A DNA stretch of 63,955 nucleotides, filler included, from 8 parts of 8 records of this genome joined end to end with filler, not necessarily neighbours in it; one strand, 5' to 3'. Positions 29,501 to 39,724 are shown, numbered from the whole stretch's first letter. Numbers and translations are program-made. Notes: a model not told the origin generated them from the letters alone.

Positions 29501-29662
29501 GTGCCGATATTTTGGTTGAAGGATTTGCAGTTTATATAAAACACTAAAAAAGGAATTTAATAATTCTGTAAGTGTTTATGAAGTTGTAAGTCAGGTTGTT
29601 TGAGGGTGTTTTTCAGTTTTTTTTCTTCATTTGTTTTGAATTCTTATACTATGTTTGTATCA

Positions 29663-29773
29663 GAGAAAAGGCATAATTTTAGTTAGTTTAGTTAGAGCAT
29701 AGTTTTTCATAGGTTAGACATTAGAACTTAGAGGTTAGATGAAAAATCCCGGAAAGGACGCCGGGATTTTTTT
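29663..29773 (+). ncRNA. Candidate small RNA 1 (UAG-repeat rich)
   Basis: Bacteroidota -7 box TATGTTTG (29650-29657), then 10 TAG motifs in 29680-29738, then terminator AAAAATCCCGG-AAAGGACG-CCGGGATTTTTTT. No ORF. The 5' end is estimated. Confidence 0.62.
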
Positions 29774-29931
29774 ATGCCCTTTTCTCTCCCAAGTTTTTAT
29801 CGTTTAAAATAAAGTCGATTTCAAAAAAAAGACACGCTCAGAAAAATGGAAGTATCAAATCAGCACTTTTTACCTGTTAATTAGGTTTTTGGATTTGAAA
29901 TATTTTGCAGAAGCCACCTATATTTGTGACA

Positions 29932-30012
29932 TACAAAAAAGAATTAATTTTTTTGGTGATTAAAGAAAAGAGTTGTTAAGCAAAATCCCGGAGTGGACAC
30001 CGGGATTTTTTT
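29932..30012 (+). ncRNA. Candidate small RNA 2 (paralogous 3' hairpin)
   Basis: TTTG (29894-29897)-N21-TATATTTG (29919-29926) promoter, a short body, and terminator AAAATCCCGG-AGTGGACA-CCGGGATTTTTTT. The 5' end is estimated. Confidence 0.58.
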
Positions 30013-30048
30013 ATGCTCAATTTTTCGATTTCATTCAAATACCGGCAT

Positions 30049-30079
30049 AAAAAAAGTGCCGGCTATTTACCGACACTTT
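30049..30079 (-). terminator. Minus-strand intrinsic terminator (convergent transcript cut by the contig end)
   Basis: Reverse complement AAAGTGTCGG-TAAATAG-CCGGCACTTTTTTT followed by ATGCC. Confidence 0.7.
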
Positions 30080-30118
30080 CGAAAACTAAATAATTAAACA
30101 GCATTTATAGTTTTACAG

Positions 30119-30218
30119 NNNNNNNNNNNNNNNNNNNNNNNNNNNNNNNNNNNNNNNNNNNNTTAATTAATTAANNNNNNNNNNNNNNNNNNNNNNNNNN
30201 NNNNNNNNNNNNNNNNNN
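30119..30218. other. Artificial contig linker
   Basis: N44-TTAATTAATTAA-N44. Confidence 0.99.
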
Positions 30219-30277
30219 TTTTTAAAAAACCAAAAAATGTTGCCATTGCCATTTTTATAGTTGGATTAGCCAAAGCG

Positions 30278-30886
30278 ATGTTATGTTTCCTTATAGCAGA
30301 TTATTCATTTGACACCTGGCATTCTTTCCCCGCACTTGCGATGTTTATTGGAGCTATAATTATACAGTATACTGGCGAGAATAGAAAAATGAGAGGAATT
30401 CAATTTTCAAGATGGGCGTTAGCAATATTATCAATAATTTCCATACAAAATTTTAGACACGATTGGGTGTATAGAAATTCTGGAAGAGGTTGTATGCATG
30501 CAACAAAAAATTACAAAATGCAAGTAAAGGACGATATAGCAGAGCTGAAAAAATATATTGACAAGAACAAAGTGGTGGCCTTAAACACATATCTGACACT
30601 TAATTTTACCGATGGATATAGATACGCTTTTTATCCGAGAGGTGTTGATTGGCCTCCTGCGCAAATAGCAAGCTATATAATTGTTGATAAAACAACAGAT
30701 TCAATGAAACATCTTGTACAAAGCTCAACTGAAAGCCTTGCTGAGGCTGGGAAAGATGGGTACCATAAAATTTTTGAAAATAATGGATTTATCCTGCTTG
30801 AGCGCGATAAGCCATTAAATGCTGATGAGAGAGATTGTAAAGTGATTGTTGAAAAATTTGGAAGAGAGAGTTTAGGTTTAAACTAA
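30278..30886 (+). CDS. C-terminal part of a membrane protein (probably GT-C-like), 5' truncated
   Basis: TM helices followed by a soluble domain ending Y.KIFEN.GF.LL. Lies at the contig start. Confidence 0.5.
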   Translation: MLCFLIADYSFDTWHSFPALAMFIGAIIIQYTGENRKMRGIQFSRWALAILSIISIQNFRHDWVYRNSGRGCMHATKNYKMQVKDDIAELKKYIDKNKVVALNTYLTLNFTDGYRYAFYPRGVDWPPAQIASYIIVDKTTDSMKHLVQSSTESLAEAGKDGYHKIFENNGFILLERDKPLNADERDCKVIVEKFGRESLGLN

Positions 30887-31001
30887 TAACTATTTTCAGA
30901 TTATATAATTCTTATTCGATCTTAGACTATGATAAGGCATCAAGTAAATATTACTATTTTGAAATTAGTTTTTTTTTCAAAAATTTAGCTAACATATTTT
31001 A

Positions 31002-32890
31002 ATGAGAATAAATATTAAAACATCAACACTGCTTTTGTCCATAATATTCATTTTTTTATCATTATCCTTTTCTTATCAGAAGGTTATTATGGCGGAGCTG
31101 ATAGTTTAGTGCATTACATGTACTCTAGATATTCATGGCAAAACCTATCGTTTTTGTTGAGTCATTGGGCAAAACCTGTTTTTACATTGTTGGCATCTCC
31201 ATTTGCGCAATTTGGTCATGCGAGTGTTTCTGTCTTCAACATTTTAAATGGCATATTAACAGGTTTTTTATGTTACAAAATCGTTCTTAAATTAGACTAT
31301 AAGTTCCCATGGTATGTTATATTCCTGCTTTGTTTCACTCCTGTATATGCAATAAATATGTTAACTGGACTCACTGAAGTCCTTTTTGGAACCATAATAG
31401 TTTGGTCAATTTATTTGTGTTTTTATGAGTATTATATTTTGGCCGCTATTGTTGCCTCTTTTATTCCATTAGCAAGAACCGAGGGGATTTTTATCCTACC
31501 AATTTTTGCAATGTACATGCTTATAAAAAGGAAATATTCTGTTTTACCATTGTTTTTTACTGGTACTATTCTTTATAGCGTTATTGGTTATTTTTATTAT
31601 CATGATTTTTTCTGGCTCATTACCGAAATGCCATACAGGGGAGCTACGGATGTTTATGGTAAAGGCCCGCTCCTGCACTTTGTTAAGCATTCTCCAATTT
31701 ATCTGGGACCGCCAGTTATTGCACTTACATTAATAGGATTAGCATATCTAATGTTTCACTTTTTAAAGGATCGCAAAACATATCAAAAACAGGTTATTTT
31801 AATTGCTTTACCCTTTCTTATATATTTTTCAGCACATTCTATAATGTGGTGGAGTGGCATTGGCAATTCATTGGGACTGCATCGCTACATGACAGCAATT
31901 GCACCTTTTACAGCAATTTTATCATTATTTGGGATTAATTGTATTTTTGAATTTCTAAAGAAAAAACAAATTTCAAAAAGGATTTTATATGCTTTTCTAA
32001 CAATCTTTTCTATCCTGATTCTAAAAGTCACATTTGATAGATACGATATGCCCCAAAAATTAACCGGCGCTGATAAATTGATGAAAGAAGCTTCTGATAA
32101 TATTATTGAAAATAATCTCCTTGAAAATAAAATCTATTATTACGACCCGGCATTTTTTTATTTTCTCGATATAAATCCTTTTGATGAAGAACAATGCAAA
32201 TCTCACGTTTATAATCCTGAAAAACCAGAACAGGGTATAGAAAACGGAAGTATTGTAATCTGGGATGCGCACTTTAGCCCAATTCTCAAACTAGAAAAAG
32301 ACACCATATTAAATAGCCAATATTTTGAATTGCTCAATGTTTTTAAACCTGAAAATAACATCAAAGCGTTTGGAAGAGATTACGAAATATTGATATTTCA
32401 ACGTGTTGACAGCTCTAATATAGAACTAAACATAGTTAATTATTCAGAAAAAACTAACGTAGACAGTGGTTATAAACAAATCTATTATCAAAACTTTGAG
32501 ACGGAAGTGGCTAACAAGGATAATTCAATAGTTGTTCTAAATGAAACCAACAAAGTATTTCAATTGGATTCCACAATGAATTTTGCTCTAACGTATTCAT
32601 TAAAAGATAAGATAGAAGAAAAAAACCTGTATTGCGAGATTGAAATTTTAATAGAGGACAGCCTGATTGATAAATGCCCATATTTGGTAATAGAGAAAAG
32701 GCACAGGGGTAAACTGGAAGAATATTTTGCAACCAATAAATTAACAGAAACGAATTATACAAATACAAAAATTAAGCTTGAAGCAAACTTTTTAAAGTCG
32801 ATGCAGAAAAATGATGAGATTAGGGTGTATGTTTGGAATTCAAGTAAGATAAATTGTTATTTGGATGACTTTTATATTGGAATAAAGTGA
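31002..32890 (+). CDS. GT-C-fold membrane glycosyltransferase-like protein; frameshift at T7 31051-31057
   Basis: HWAKP.FTLL.SPFAQFG, GLTE.LF and R.EG motifs. Adding one T links ATG 31002 to ...GGADSLVHY. Confidence 0.7.
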
Positions 32891-32963
32891 ATTGGATAAT
32901 TTATCTTAGTATCTAGTTAAAACAATTTTACCTTTATAGAGAAAGATTTTTTAATAAAACACC

Positions 32964-33643
32964 ATGAATAACACACGCACAAATAATATATTATATATTC
33001 AACTACTTTTACTCATCTTATTATTCTCATGCGAAAAAGATAAAATTCAACCTGATTTTTGCGATCAATTCACCGGTACATATTGCACTAAAAAGTTTTA
33101 CTCTGACAATTACCAATCATATTCATCAAATTTATTACTTGAAATTACGAGAGCTGATATTGATTCTACATTAAATATCTCCTTTGGTTCCAATACTCTA
33201 ATGTTTAAGGTAAGATCTGATTCCTCCTTTAACTGCATTGAAAATTATACTATTCTGGGACATTTTGTAAGTGATTCAATTTATATTTATATAAGAACCC
33301 ATACTACTTTAACAATTTATAAAGGAAAAAAACGGATAACACGGCCTCAAATTATAAATCAGAATCAGTTACAGATATCGAAGGCAATGTTTATTAAACT
33401 ACCAACATAAAAGGTAAAATATGTATGACCGAAAATATTGCGGTTACCAAAGATAAGTTTGGTAAAGATTTGCCAGATTCTATGTATAATAATATTTCAG
33501 AAAAATGTGGAAATACTTATACCTTTCAAGTTGCTTTTGACATATGTCCTGATGGCTGGCGTTTGCCCACAAAAGAGGATTGGAATTATCTGATCAAAAA
33601 TTATAATATTTCTGGAAATTATATCTTATTGAAGTCAATCTAA
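32964..33643 (+). pseudogene. Degraded lipoprotein with FISUMP (Fib_succ_major) domain
   Basis: Lipobox LFSC, a frameshift near A7 at ~33326-33332, then SVTDIEGNVY*TTNIKGKICMTEN with an in-frame TAA at 33395, then ICPDGWRLPT..DW..L. Truncated at 33643. Confidence 0.7.
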
Positions 33644-33719
33644 GAAGAATATAATGCGTTTTTTATTTAGACTATATTTTTAATAAATAAATTCCAATGT
33701 TTAATTAACTCTTAATCAA

Positions 33720-34724
33720 ATGAAAAAATCAAAATTTTTTATTTTAGGATGCTGTTTTTTAATTCACATTCCATTCAGTCTGAATTCTCAAACCTTGGCA
33801 GATGATCCAAGTTGGAGCAGTACTCCAACTTTAGATGAACAATTTGATGGTAGTTTTGATTATAATTCATGGACGCCTACTTACTGGATATCTCATGATT
33901 ATGCAGATCATAATTTCTATTTTATACCTGATAATGTTGATTGGAGCAATAACAAACTGGTATTAAACGCCACTTATCATCCTAATGATCTACTAAAGCC
34001 TGTACATAGCGGCAACCTGCAATCAAGCAGTCCCATATATGGTTATGGCTATTATGAAATTAGTTGTAAACTGAATTGCAGTGGTGCATTTCTGCCTGCA
34101 TTTTGGTTTCATCATGGTCAAGACTGTTGGTCAAATGAAGTGGATGTTTTTGAAACATATGCTACAAATTATACCATTACATCTAATATCCATATAAATA
34201 AGCAAGGCACTTGTGATGAGGATTTAAAACCTATATGGGGATATGAAGAATTTTCTACAACCAATATCTCCCCTAGTTTGACCCAAAGTTATCATTCTTA
34301 TGGTTTGGAATGGTTGCCGGGAAAGTTTATTTGTTATTTAGATGGTATACCATATAGATATACTAGTCACGATTCAATACCTAATCACGATTTATATATG
34401 TTTATAACACTTGGTTTCATGCACAATACATCTGGGATGGTAGATATTAATAGTTTAAACTTTCCCGCAAGCATGGAAATAGAATATGTAAAAAAGCATG
34501 ATATAATATTTGACGATGCTATTGTTAATCAATGTAATTTTGATTCTGAAAACTATGATTATGCCTTAAAAAGATCTATAACAATAGGAGGTTCAGATTG
34601 CACTCCGACGATAGAGTCCGGACAAAAAGTAACACTAAGGGCTACCGACTTTATTACACTTGACAAAGGATTTACAGTAGAATCCGGAGCAATTTTCAAT
34701 GCAATAACTCATAAAGAATATTAA
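33720..34724 (+). CDS. Secreted GH16 glycoside hydrolase with a short C-terminal beta-stack extension
   Basis: Signal peptide, YGYYE, PAFW, catalytic EVDVFE, H.YGLEW.P....YLDG. C-terminus I.SG..VTLRA...ITL..GF.V..GA.F.A. Confidence 0.85.
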   Translation: MKKSKFFILGCCFLIHIPFSLNSQTLADDPSWSSTPTLDEQFDGSFDYNSWTPTYWISHDYADHNFYFIPDNVDWSNNKLVLNATYHPNDLLKPVHSGNLQSSSPIYGYGYYEISCKLNCSGAFLPAFWFHHGQDCWSNEVDVFETYATNYTITSNIHINKQGTCDEDLKPIWGYEEFSTTNISPSLTQSYHSYGLEWLPGKFICYLDGIPYRYTSHDSIPNHDLYMFITLGFMHNTSGMVDINSLNFPASMEIEYVKKHDIIFDDAIVNQCNFDSENYDYALKRSITIGGSDCTPTIESGQKVTLRATDFITLDKGFTVESGAIFNAITHKEY

Positions 34725-34740
34725 TTTTAAAAATAAAATC

Positions 34741-35661
34741 ATGAAACAAAAAATCTTATTAGTAACGATAATAATAGCAATATTTATTAGCACCTCATAC
34801 TCACAAATACGTGTACATTCTGACGGAGATGTTTCAATAGGAACATATTCTGACTATGGGCAAACTCTAAATATAAACAGTTATGACAAAGGAGGATTAT
34901 ATAGTAGAGTTTATCATTCAAGTGAATGGAAGCAAAATATTGTGAGTGATGTATACAAAAATACAACATGTTCATATGTAGTCCATTCAAGGTATTCAAA
35001 TAGTGACGTATTTTATGTAAGAGGAGATGGTTATGCTGCTGCATATGGCGGGTTTTACACTTTTTCAGACAAAAAACTTAAAACAAATATTAATACTATT
35101 GGTGATCCTATGGAAAAAATAATGAGATTAAGGGGAGTTACCTATAATTTATTGTCAGATTTAACTTCTGAATCTACAAAGAATAGTAAAAAATTAAACT
35201 ATGGCCTAATTGCTCAGGAAGTTGAAGAAATTGTTCCTGAGGTAGTTGAAACAATGCACGACAGCATAAAAACAATTTCCTATGAAAAACTTGTACCATT
35301 ATTGATCGAAGGTATTAAACAACAACAGGAACATATTTCTGATTTAGAAAAAAAGATTGAATCATTAAATTCTATGTTGACCCATAATGAAATTAATACT
35401 GAAGATAAAAATTCATATAATTATCCAAATCCGTTTAATACAAGTACTCAGATAGATTTAACAATTCCAAACAAGGTAGTAAAAGCGTCTTTAAACATTA
35501 TGGACTCTAATGGTAGATTAATTAAATGTATTCATATTACTGATCGTGGCAAATCAACAATAACTTTAAAAGCTTCAGAATTTACGTCAGGAGTTTATAC
35601 ATACGCACTTATTGCTGATGGAATAATACTTAACGAAAATAAGATGATTATTAAAAAATAA
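34741..35661 (+). CDS. Secreted protein with peptidase-S74 (tail-fibre chaperone) domain, coiled coil and T9SS type A sorting domain
   Basis: FYVRGDG, SDKKLKTNI, LRGVTY, YGLIAQEVE..VPEVV, Y..LVPLLIEGIKQQQ, then NYPNPF...SGVYTY.L...K.II.K. Confidence 0.85.
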   Translation: MKQKILLVTIIIAIFISTSYSQIRVHSDGDVSIGTYSDYGQTLNINSYDKGGLYSRVYHSSEWKQNIVSDVYKNTTCSYVVHSRYSNSDVFYVRGDGYAAAYGGFYTFSDKKLKTNINTIGDPMEKIMRLRGVTYNLLSDLTSESTKNSKKLNYGLIAQEVEEIVPEVVETMHDSIKTISYEKLVPLLIEGIKQQQEHISDLEKKIESLNSMLTHNEINTEDKNSYNYPNPFNTSTQIDLTIPNKVVKASLNIMDSNGRLIKCIHITDRGKSTITLKASEFTSGVYTYALIADGIILNENKMIIKK

Positions 35662-35676
35662 TAACTACTTAATAAA

Positions 35677-35707
35677 ATAACCTTAGGTTTGATTTACCTA
35701 AGGTTAT
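35677..35707. terminator. Hairpin terminator
   Basis: ATAACCTTAGGT-N7-ACCTAAGGTTAT. Confidence 0.75.
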
Positions 35708-35832
35708 ATTTGTTGTAACTATTAAATTTCTCAACAACTTGATATTTCCCTACATATTTATCCCGAAAATCTTTAGATTTTTCTTTCTCACAAGACGTGA
35801 TTAGTAGAAATGCAACGACACAAGAGATTAAT

Positions 35833-37734
35833 TTATTTTTCATGAATTTGGCTTTTAAAAGAAAATCCAAATTTAAGCATTAATCTGCTATATGTAGAGT
35901 CCTGGCTAACAATTAAAACATCATTTTTAATAGCCAAATATTCTTTAGCTGAATTATAAATATAAAATGTATTTGTTGAATCGTTTGTCGGTTCCAACTC
36001 AAACTCACAAGACTTATCAGGTTCAGAGCGGCCAATTACTTTTGAATCTTCAAAAGACAATACCCGGCCATTATAAATCCCCAAATAATATTTATTGCCA
36101 GGGAGTTCATAAATAGTATCAATAACTATTTTAGGATTGGCATCTAGCATACCGATGGATGTATGTATTTTTGCACCCTCTGCTATTAAACTATCAACTT
36201 TATTGGTTTCTGTGCTTAATTCAAACTCAGATAATGGTATTATTTTCTGGTAAACTTCTTTCGTTAGCATAGAATTAGAAATTGGATAGCTGCTTATTGG
36301 TTTCATTTTTTCAACAATATCGTGAGAAAAACCATCCTTAAAAACATAGTAATAATCATAATTTTTATTAAAGATACCTTCGCGGGTCACGGGCTCAATA
36401 AAACTATATTTTCTTGAATCCAGATAGTATTTTATACTCGGTTCAAAAAGCCAGTTGATACCTAATTTGTACACCTTATCTTCGTCTTCAATAGAGTTTA
36501 TAAGATCAGTCATCATGCTTTTTGTGTCAGCATCATATTTCCATTCACTCGTCCTTTTAAAGTTTTTTGCATTGTTAAAGTGCACAACAAAAATTATTAA
36601 TAAAAATGCTGATATGAGTCCAACAAAATAGTGTGCAGATTTGCCTAGATGCTCAATAAAAAATTGCAGCCATAAGATGAACATGATGGCAAAAAGGATT
36701 TGTATATAAATAGCTGCCCGATTTGCAATAAATTGGGTTCCGGTAAGAAGGTTGTGCAAGACCTCAAAACCTGCAGCAACAAAAAATATAAGGAACATGA
36801 TTACAAACGGGTCTTTGATTGCTTCAAAACGTTTTCGAATAACATGAACAAAGGCAGTAACAAGGAACAAGGCTGATAGTATTTTTTCAATATCAAACAA
36901 GATTTTAGGAGTTACGATTTTATAACCAACTTCATAAAAAGATCCTATCAATACACCAAATATTGTATTTTGCCAATATCCAGAACTACCATGTCCATAA
37001 AGTTCGTTGGCTTTTGAAAGTTTAGAGATGGGGATGTATACAAATATTGCAACTACTAAGGCTGTTATCCAAATAGATTTATGTTTTATGAACACAAAAT
37101 TCATAGCAGTTTTAATAGATTTTATTTTTTCTTTCTCCTTTAAAAGGATTATTAATGTAGAAACAAATAGTAAAGAAGAAAAGTAGTACAGCGTTGCAAA
37201 ATTGCTGTAAACGGCAAAACCAGCAAGAATAACAGAAAGTAGCAAATCCTTTTTATTATCCCCTTTCAGGTATTTAAGAAAAAAATAGACGCTTGTTAAT
37301 ATAAACATAAAAACAAGGCCATATCCCCTAGCAAGGCTGAAAAAATCAAGCATGTATGGATTTAAATTGAGTAAAGCAAATCCTGCCAATTTTAGAAGAG
37401 GGGTCTTGAATTCCCGAACAAGCAGGATAGAAAAAATTAAATAAACAATGTGAGATAGATTTGAATGCAAACGAAGGAAAATCTCGTGCTCATTAAAAAG
37501 AGCCCCAAACATTTTCATAAACAAAGTATTGAGGATATGGTTATTGGCTGAAGGACTATAGTTTAACATTATTTTGTATACAGCCATGTGCATATACCGA
37601 TGGTAACAATAACTTTCATCGTGAGTAAACGACAGGTGTATTGATCGAAAGAAGGAATAATACAACAAGTAGGTTGACATCAGAATTAGCAATAACAATA
37701 CAATTTTGTTGAGCAGGTTATTAATGTTTTTCAT
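35833..37734 (-). CDS. GT-C-fold membrane glycosyltransferase-like protein with C-terminal soluble (beta-trefoil-like) domain
   Basis: SFTHDES, ANNH.LNT and NPY.LDFFSLARGYGL motifs, about 11 TMs. Start placed downstream of a TATTTTTG -7 box at 37782-37789. Confidence 0.7.
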   Translation of the reverse strand: MKNINNLLNKIVLLLLILMSTYLLYYSFFRSIHLSFTHDESYCYHRYMHMAVYKIMLNYSPSANNHILNTLFMKMFGALFNEHEIFLRLHSNLSHIVYLIFSILLVREFKTPLLKLAGFALLNLNPYMLDFFSLARGYGLVFMFILTSVYFFLKYLKGDNKKDLLLSVILAGFAVYSNFATLYYFSSLLFVSTLIILLKEKEKIKSIKTAMNFVFIKHKSIWITALVVAIFVYIPISKLSKANELYGHGSSGYWQNTIFGVLIGSFYEVGYKIVTPKILFDIEKILSALFLVTAFVHVIRKRFEAIKDPFVIMFLIFFVAAGFEVLHNLLTGTQFIANRAAIYIQILFAIMFILWLQFFIEHLGKSAHYFVGLISAFLLIIFVVHFNNAKNFKRTSEWKYDADTKSMMTDLINSIEDEDKVYKLGINWLFEPSIKYYLDSRKYSFIEPVTREGIFNKNYDYYYVFKDGFSHDIVEKMKPISSYPISNSMLTKEVYQKIIPLSEFELSTETNKVDSLIAEGAKIHTSIGMLDANPKIVIDTIYELPGNKYYLGIYNGRVLSFEDSKVIGRSEPDKSCEFELEPTNDSTNTFYIYNSAKEYLAIKNDVLIVSQDSTYSRLMLKFGFSFKSQIHEK

Positions 37735-37839
37735 GTGCATATTAGAATTGATAGGATCATTTTTATAATTATGTTGTGCCACAAAAATATGTAAAAATCT
37801 TCCTGACCTTATAGGTTGGTCAGAATTACTTGTTTTTTT

Positions 37840-37939
37840 NNNNNNNNNNNNNNNNNNNNNNNNNNNNNNNNNNNNNNNNNNNNTTAATTAATTAANNNNN
37901 NNNNNNNNNNNNNNNNNNNNNNNNNNNNNNNNNNNNNNN
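37840..37939. other. Artificial contig linker
   Basis: N44-TTAATTAATTAA-N44. Confidence 0.99.
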
Positions 37940-38114
37940 AAAAGTAAGAATCAAACTTGTATTTTGATGTGTCCGACCAAGATTCGTCTCTGTTTGAAGC
38001 TGCTTTTCGTTCAAAAACCACATCTAAATCAATATACTTAGATATCTCATTGCAAAAATCAACTCTATAAGGAGATGGTATATTATAAAGAAATAAAACT
38101 TTCAAATTACTCAC
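37940..38114 (-). CDS. Glycosyltransferase family 4, N-terminal fragment (3' truncated)
   Basis: KVLFL.NIPSPYRVDF.NE motif. Confidence 0.7.
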
Positions 38115-38444
38115 CTAAAATAAACCTATTAATAATGCACCCACAACTATTAAAAAAGTTCCGAAAATTTTCTTTTTAGTTATTTTCTCACCAAGCATTT
38201 TATAAGAGATTAACATAGTCCAAATATATGCTAAAGATGTTAGCGGCAAAACAACTGAGTATGGTAAAAAACGTAGAAGAACTATGTTTAATGCAGCAGC
38301 TACAACATACAAAAAACCACCAATATAAAGGTTCTTGTTTTTTAATGTAGCAAGTATGCTGTCGGAACCTGATGCTAGCTTGAAACAATAGCTTGCAAGC
38401 GAACCCAAAAAAGTCATGCTGATAAGAATTATGATATATATCAC
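38115..38444 (-). CDS. Small EamA/ArnE-F-like flippase subunit
   Basis: 109 aa with four TMs. LPYSVVLP.TSL.YIW and LGEKIT motifs. Confidence 0.78.
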   Translation of the reverse strand: MIYIIILISMTFLGSLASYCFKLASGSDSILATLKNKNLYIGGFLYVVAAALNIVLLRFLPYSVVLPLTSLAYIWTMLISYKMLGEKITKKKIFGTFLIVVGALLIGLF

Positions 38445-38785
38445 TATTCATCACCTCCTGCTATAAATACAACACCAGTAATTATTACAACTACGGCGAT
38501 CAATTTGGTTATTGTAATAGGCTCTCCTAATATGAAAAAGCCAATAACTATCGTTAATACATAGTTGATGCTAAGAAGCGGCTGTAATACCGATAACGAA
38601 CCGAATCTGTACGCGATAATCATAACAACTCCGCCAATGCCGTAAAGGACAAAACCAAAGAATATAAACAAAATGCTATTGGATGATGCGCTAAGCTTCC
38701 ATAGTAGTTGACCAAAACAAGCACATAGTGCAGATATAACCATCAACGATATGCCTTTTGAGTTGTTTTTAAAAGAATTAATCAT
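38444..38785 (-). CDS. Small EamA/ArnE-F-like flippase subunit
   Basis: 113 aa. GQLLWK, G.LSVLQP.LS.NY and LGEPIT motifs. Confidence 0.78.
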   Translation of the reverse strand: MINSFKNNSKGISLMVISALCACFGQLLWKLSASSNSILFIFFGFVLYGIGGVVMIIAYRFGSLSVLQPLLSINYVLTIVIGFFILGEPITITKLIAVVVIITGVVFIAGGDE

Positions 38786-38788
38786 ATG

Positions 38789-39724
38789 TTATTTTGTTAC
38801 TTTATCGATAGATTTAATAAAGTAATGCTCCTTTTTAAAGATAAGGTTAAGCAATAAAGTAAGATACTTTATAATGATTGCAAGTATGGCAAATACGCCG
38901 AAGAAGCTTGCGGATAGAAACAGTATTGTTGTTGTCCAACCTTCAACGGGTGTTCCTGATATAAAGGTTATAACCGAATATACAGCCATAAATAAAACTA
39001 CAAGTATCATAATGGATGTCATGATTATAGAAAACTTAAACGCAACATTTGTGAATAGCATCAATGAATCTAAGGCAATATCCTGTCTGTTTTCTTGCTT
39101 TGCTTTGTTTTTAACAGTTACATCGTTGTCATATGCTATATGGTCAATGCTAAGTCCGCAGCTTGCATAGACGGCTTTTCTATAAGGGACAGTTTTGCTG
39201 ATTGAATGAACTCTATTTATCGCTCTTCTCGATAGTATTCTAAAGGATTCCGTTGTAAGTTTTTGACTAGAGGGTACATTTTTATTATATAGCTTGTAAA
39301 AAAGTTTAGAAGATTTTGTTTTGATGTTTTTTGGGCATGCACTTACAATGTCGTAACCTTCAAGAGACCTTTTGTATATTTGCATTATTAGTGAAGGGTC
39401 GTAATCTAAAACGGTTGAATCAAATTCGAAAACAAAATCACCTATCGAAAGATCGACGCCTGCATTCATAGAAAGCTCTAGGTTATGAGTGTATCCCATA
39501 TTAATGATGCTAACAGCACAATTTATAAAGCCTTCGCTCACTTTTTTAATCTCGTTGCCGCTATTATCGTGCGAATTATCATTTATACAAATTATTTCAA
39601 ACTTTTCAAAGTTATCATCTAGCGTACTATATATAGTTTTTAAAAAACTTTTTATTGTTTGCTCGTTGTTTTTTACATAAACCACAGCAGACACAAAGTT
39701 TTTTTCTTTGTTTTTAAAGCTCAT
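38789..39724 (-). CDS. GT2 polyprenyl-phosphate glycosyltransferase (GtrB/ArnC-like)
   Basis: EIICIND.S.D.S, AG.D...GD.V, GYDIV and FR.LSRR motifs, two C-terminal TMs with GWTT. Confidence 0.8.
   Translation of the reverse strand: MSFKNKEKNFVSAVVYVKNNEQTIKSFLKTIYSTLDDNFEKFEIICINDNSHDNSGNEIKKVSEGFINCAVSIINMGYTHNLELSMNAGVDLSIGDFVFEFDSTVLDYDPSLIMQIYKRSLEGYDIVSACPKNIKTKSSKLFYKLYNKNVPSSQKLTTESFRILSRRAINRVHSISKTVPYRKAVYASCGLSIDHIAYDNDVTVKNKAKQENRQDIALDSLMLFTNVAFKFSIIMTSIMILVVLFMAVYSVITFISGTPVEGWTTTILFLSASFFGVFAILAIIIKYLTLLLNLIFKKEHYFIKSIDKVTK

Noticed and set aside
29670-30012. CRISPR array or telomere-like repeat
   Set aside because: There are no constant-length repeats with unique spacers and no cas genes. 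The TTAG motifs are irregularly spaced, and only two hairpin copies exist.
34741-35661. Prophage tail gene
   Set aside because: It has a Sec signal and T9SS CTD, and no phage structural, integrase or lysis genes are on the contig.
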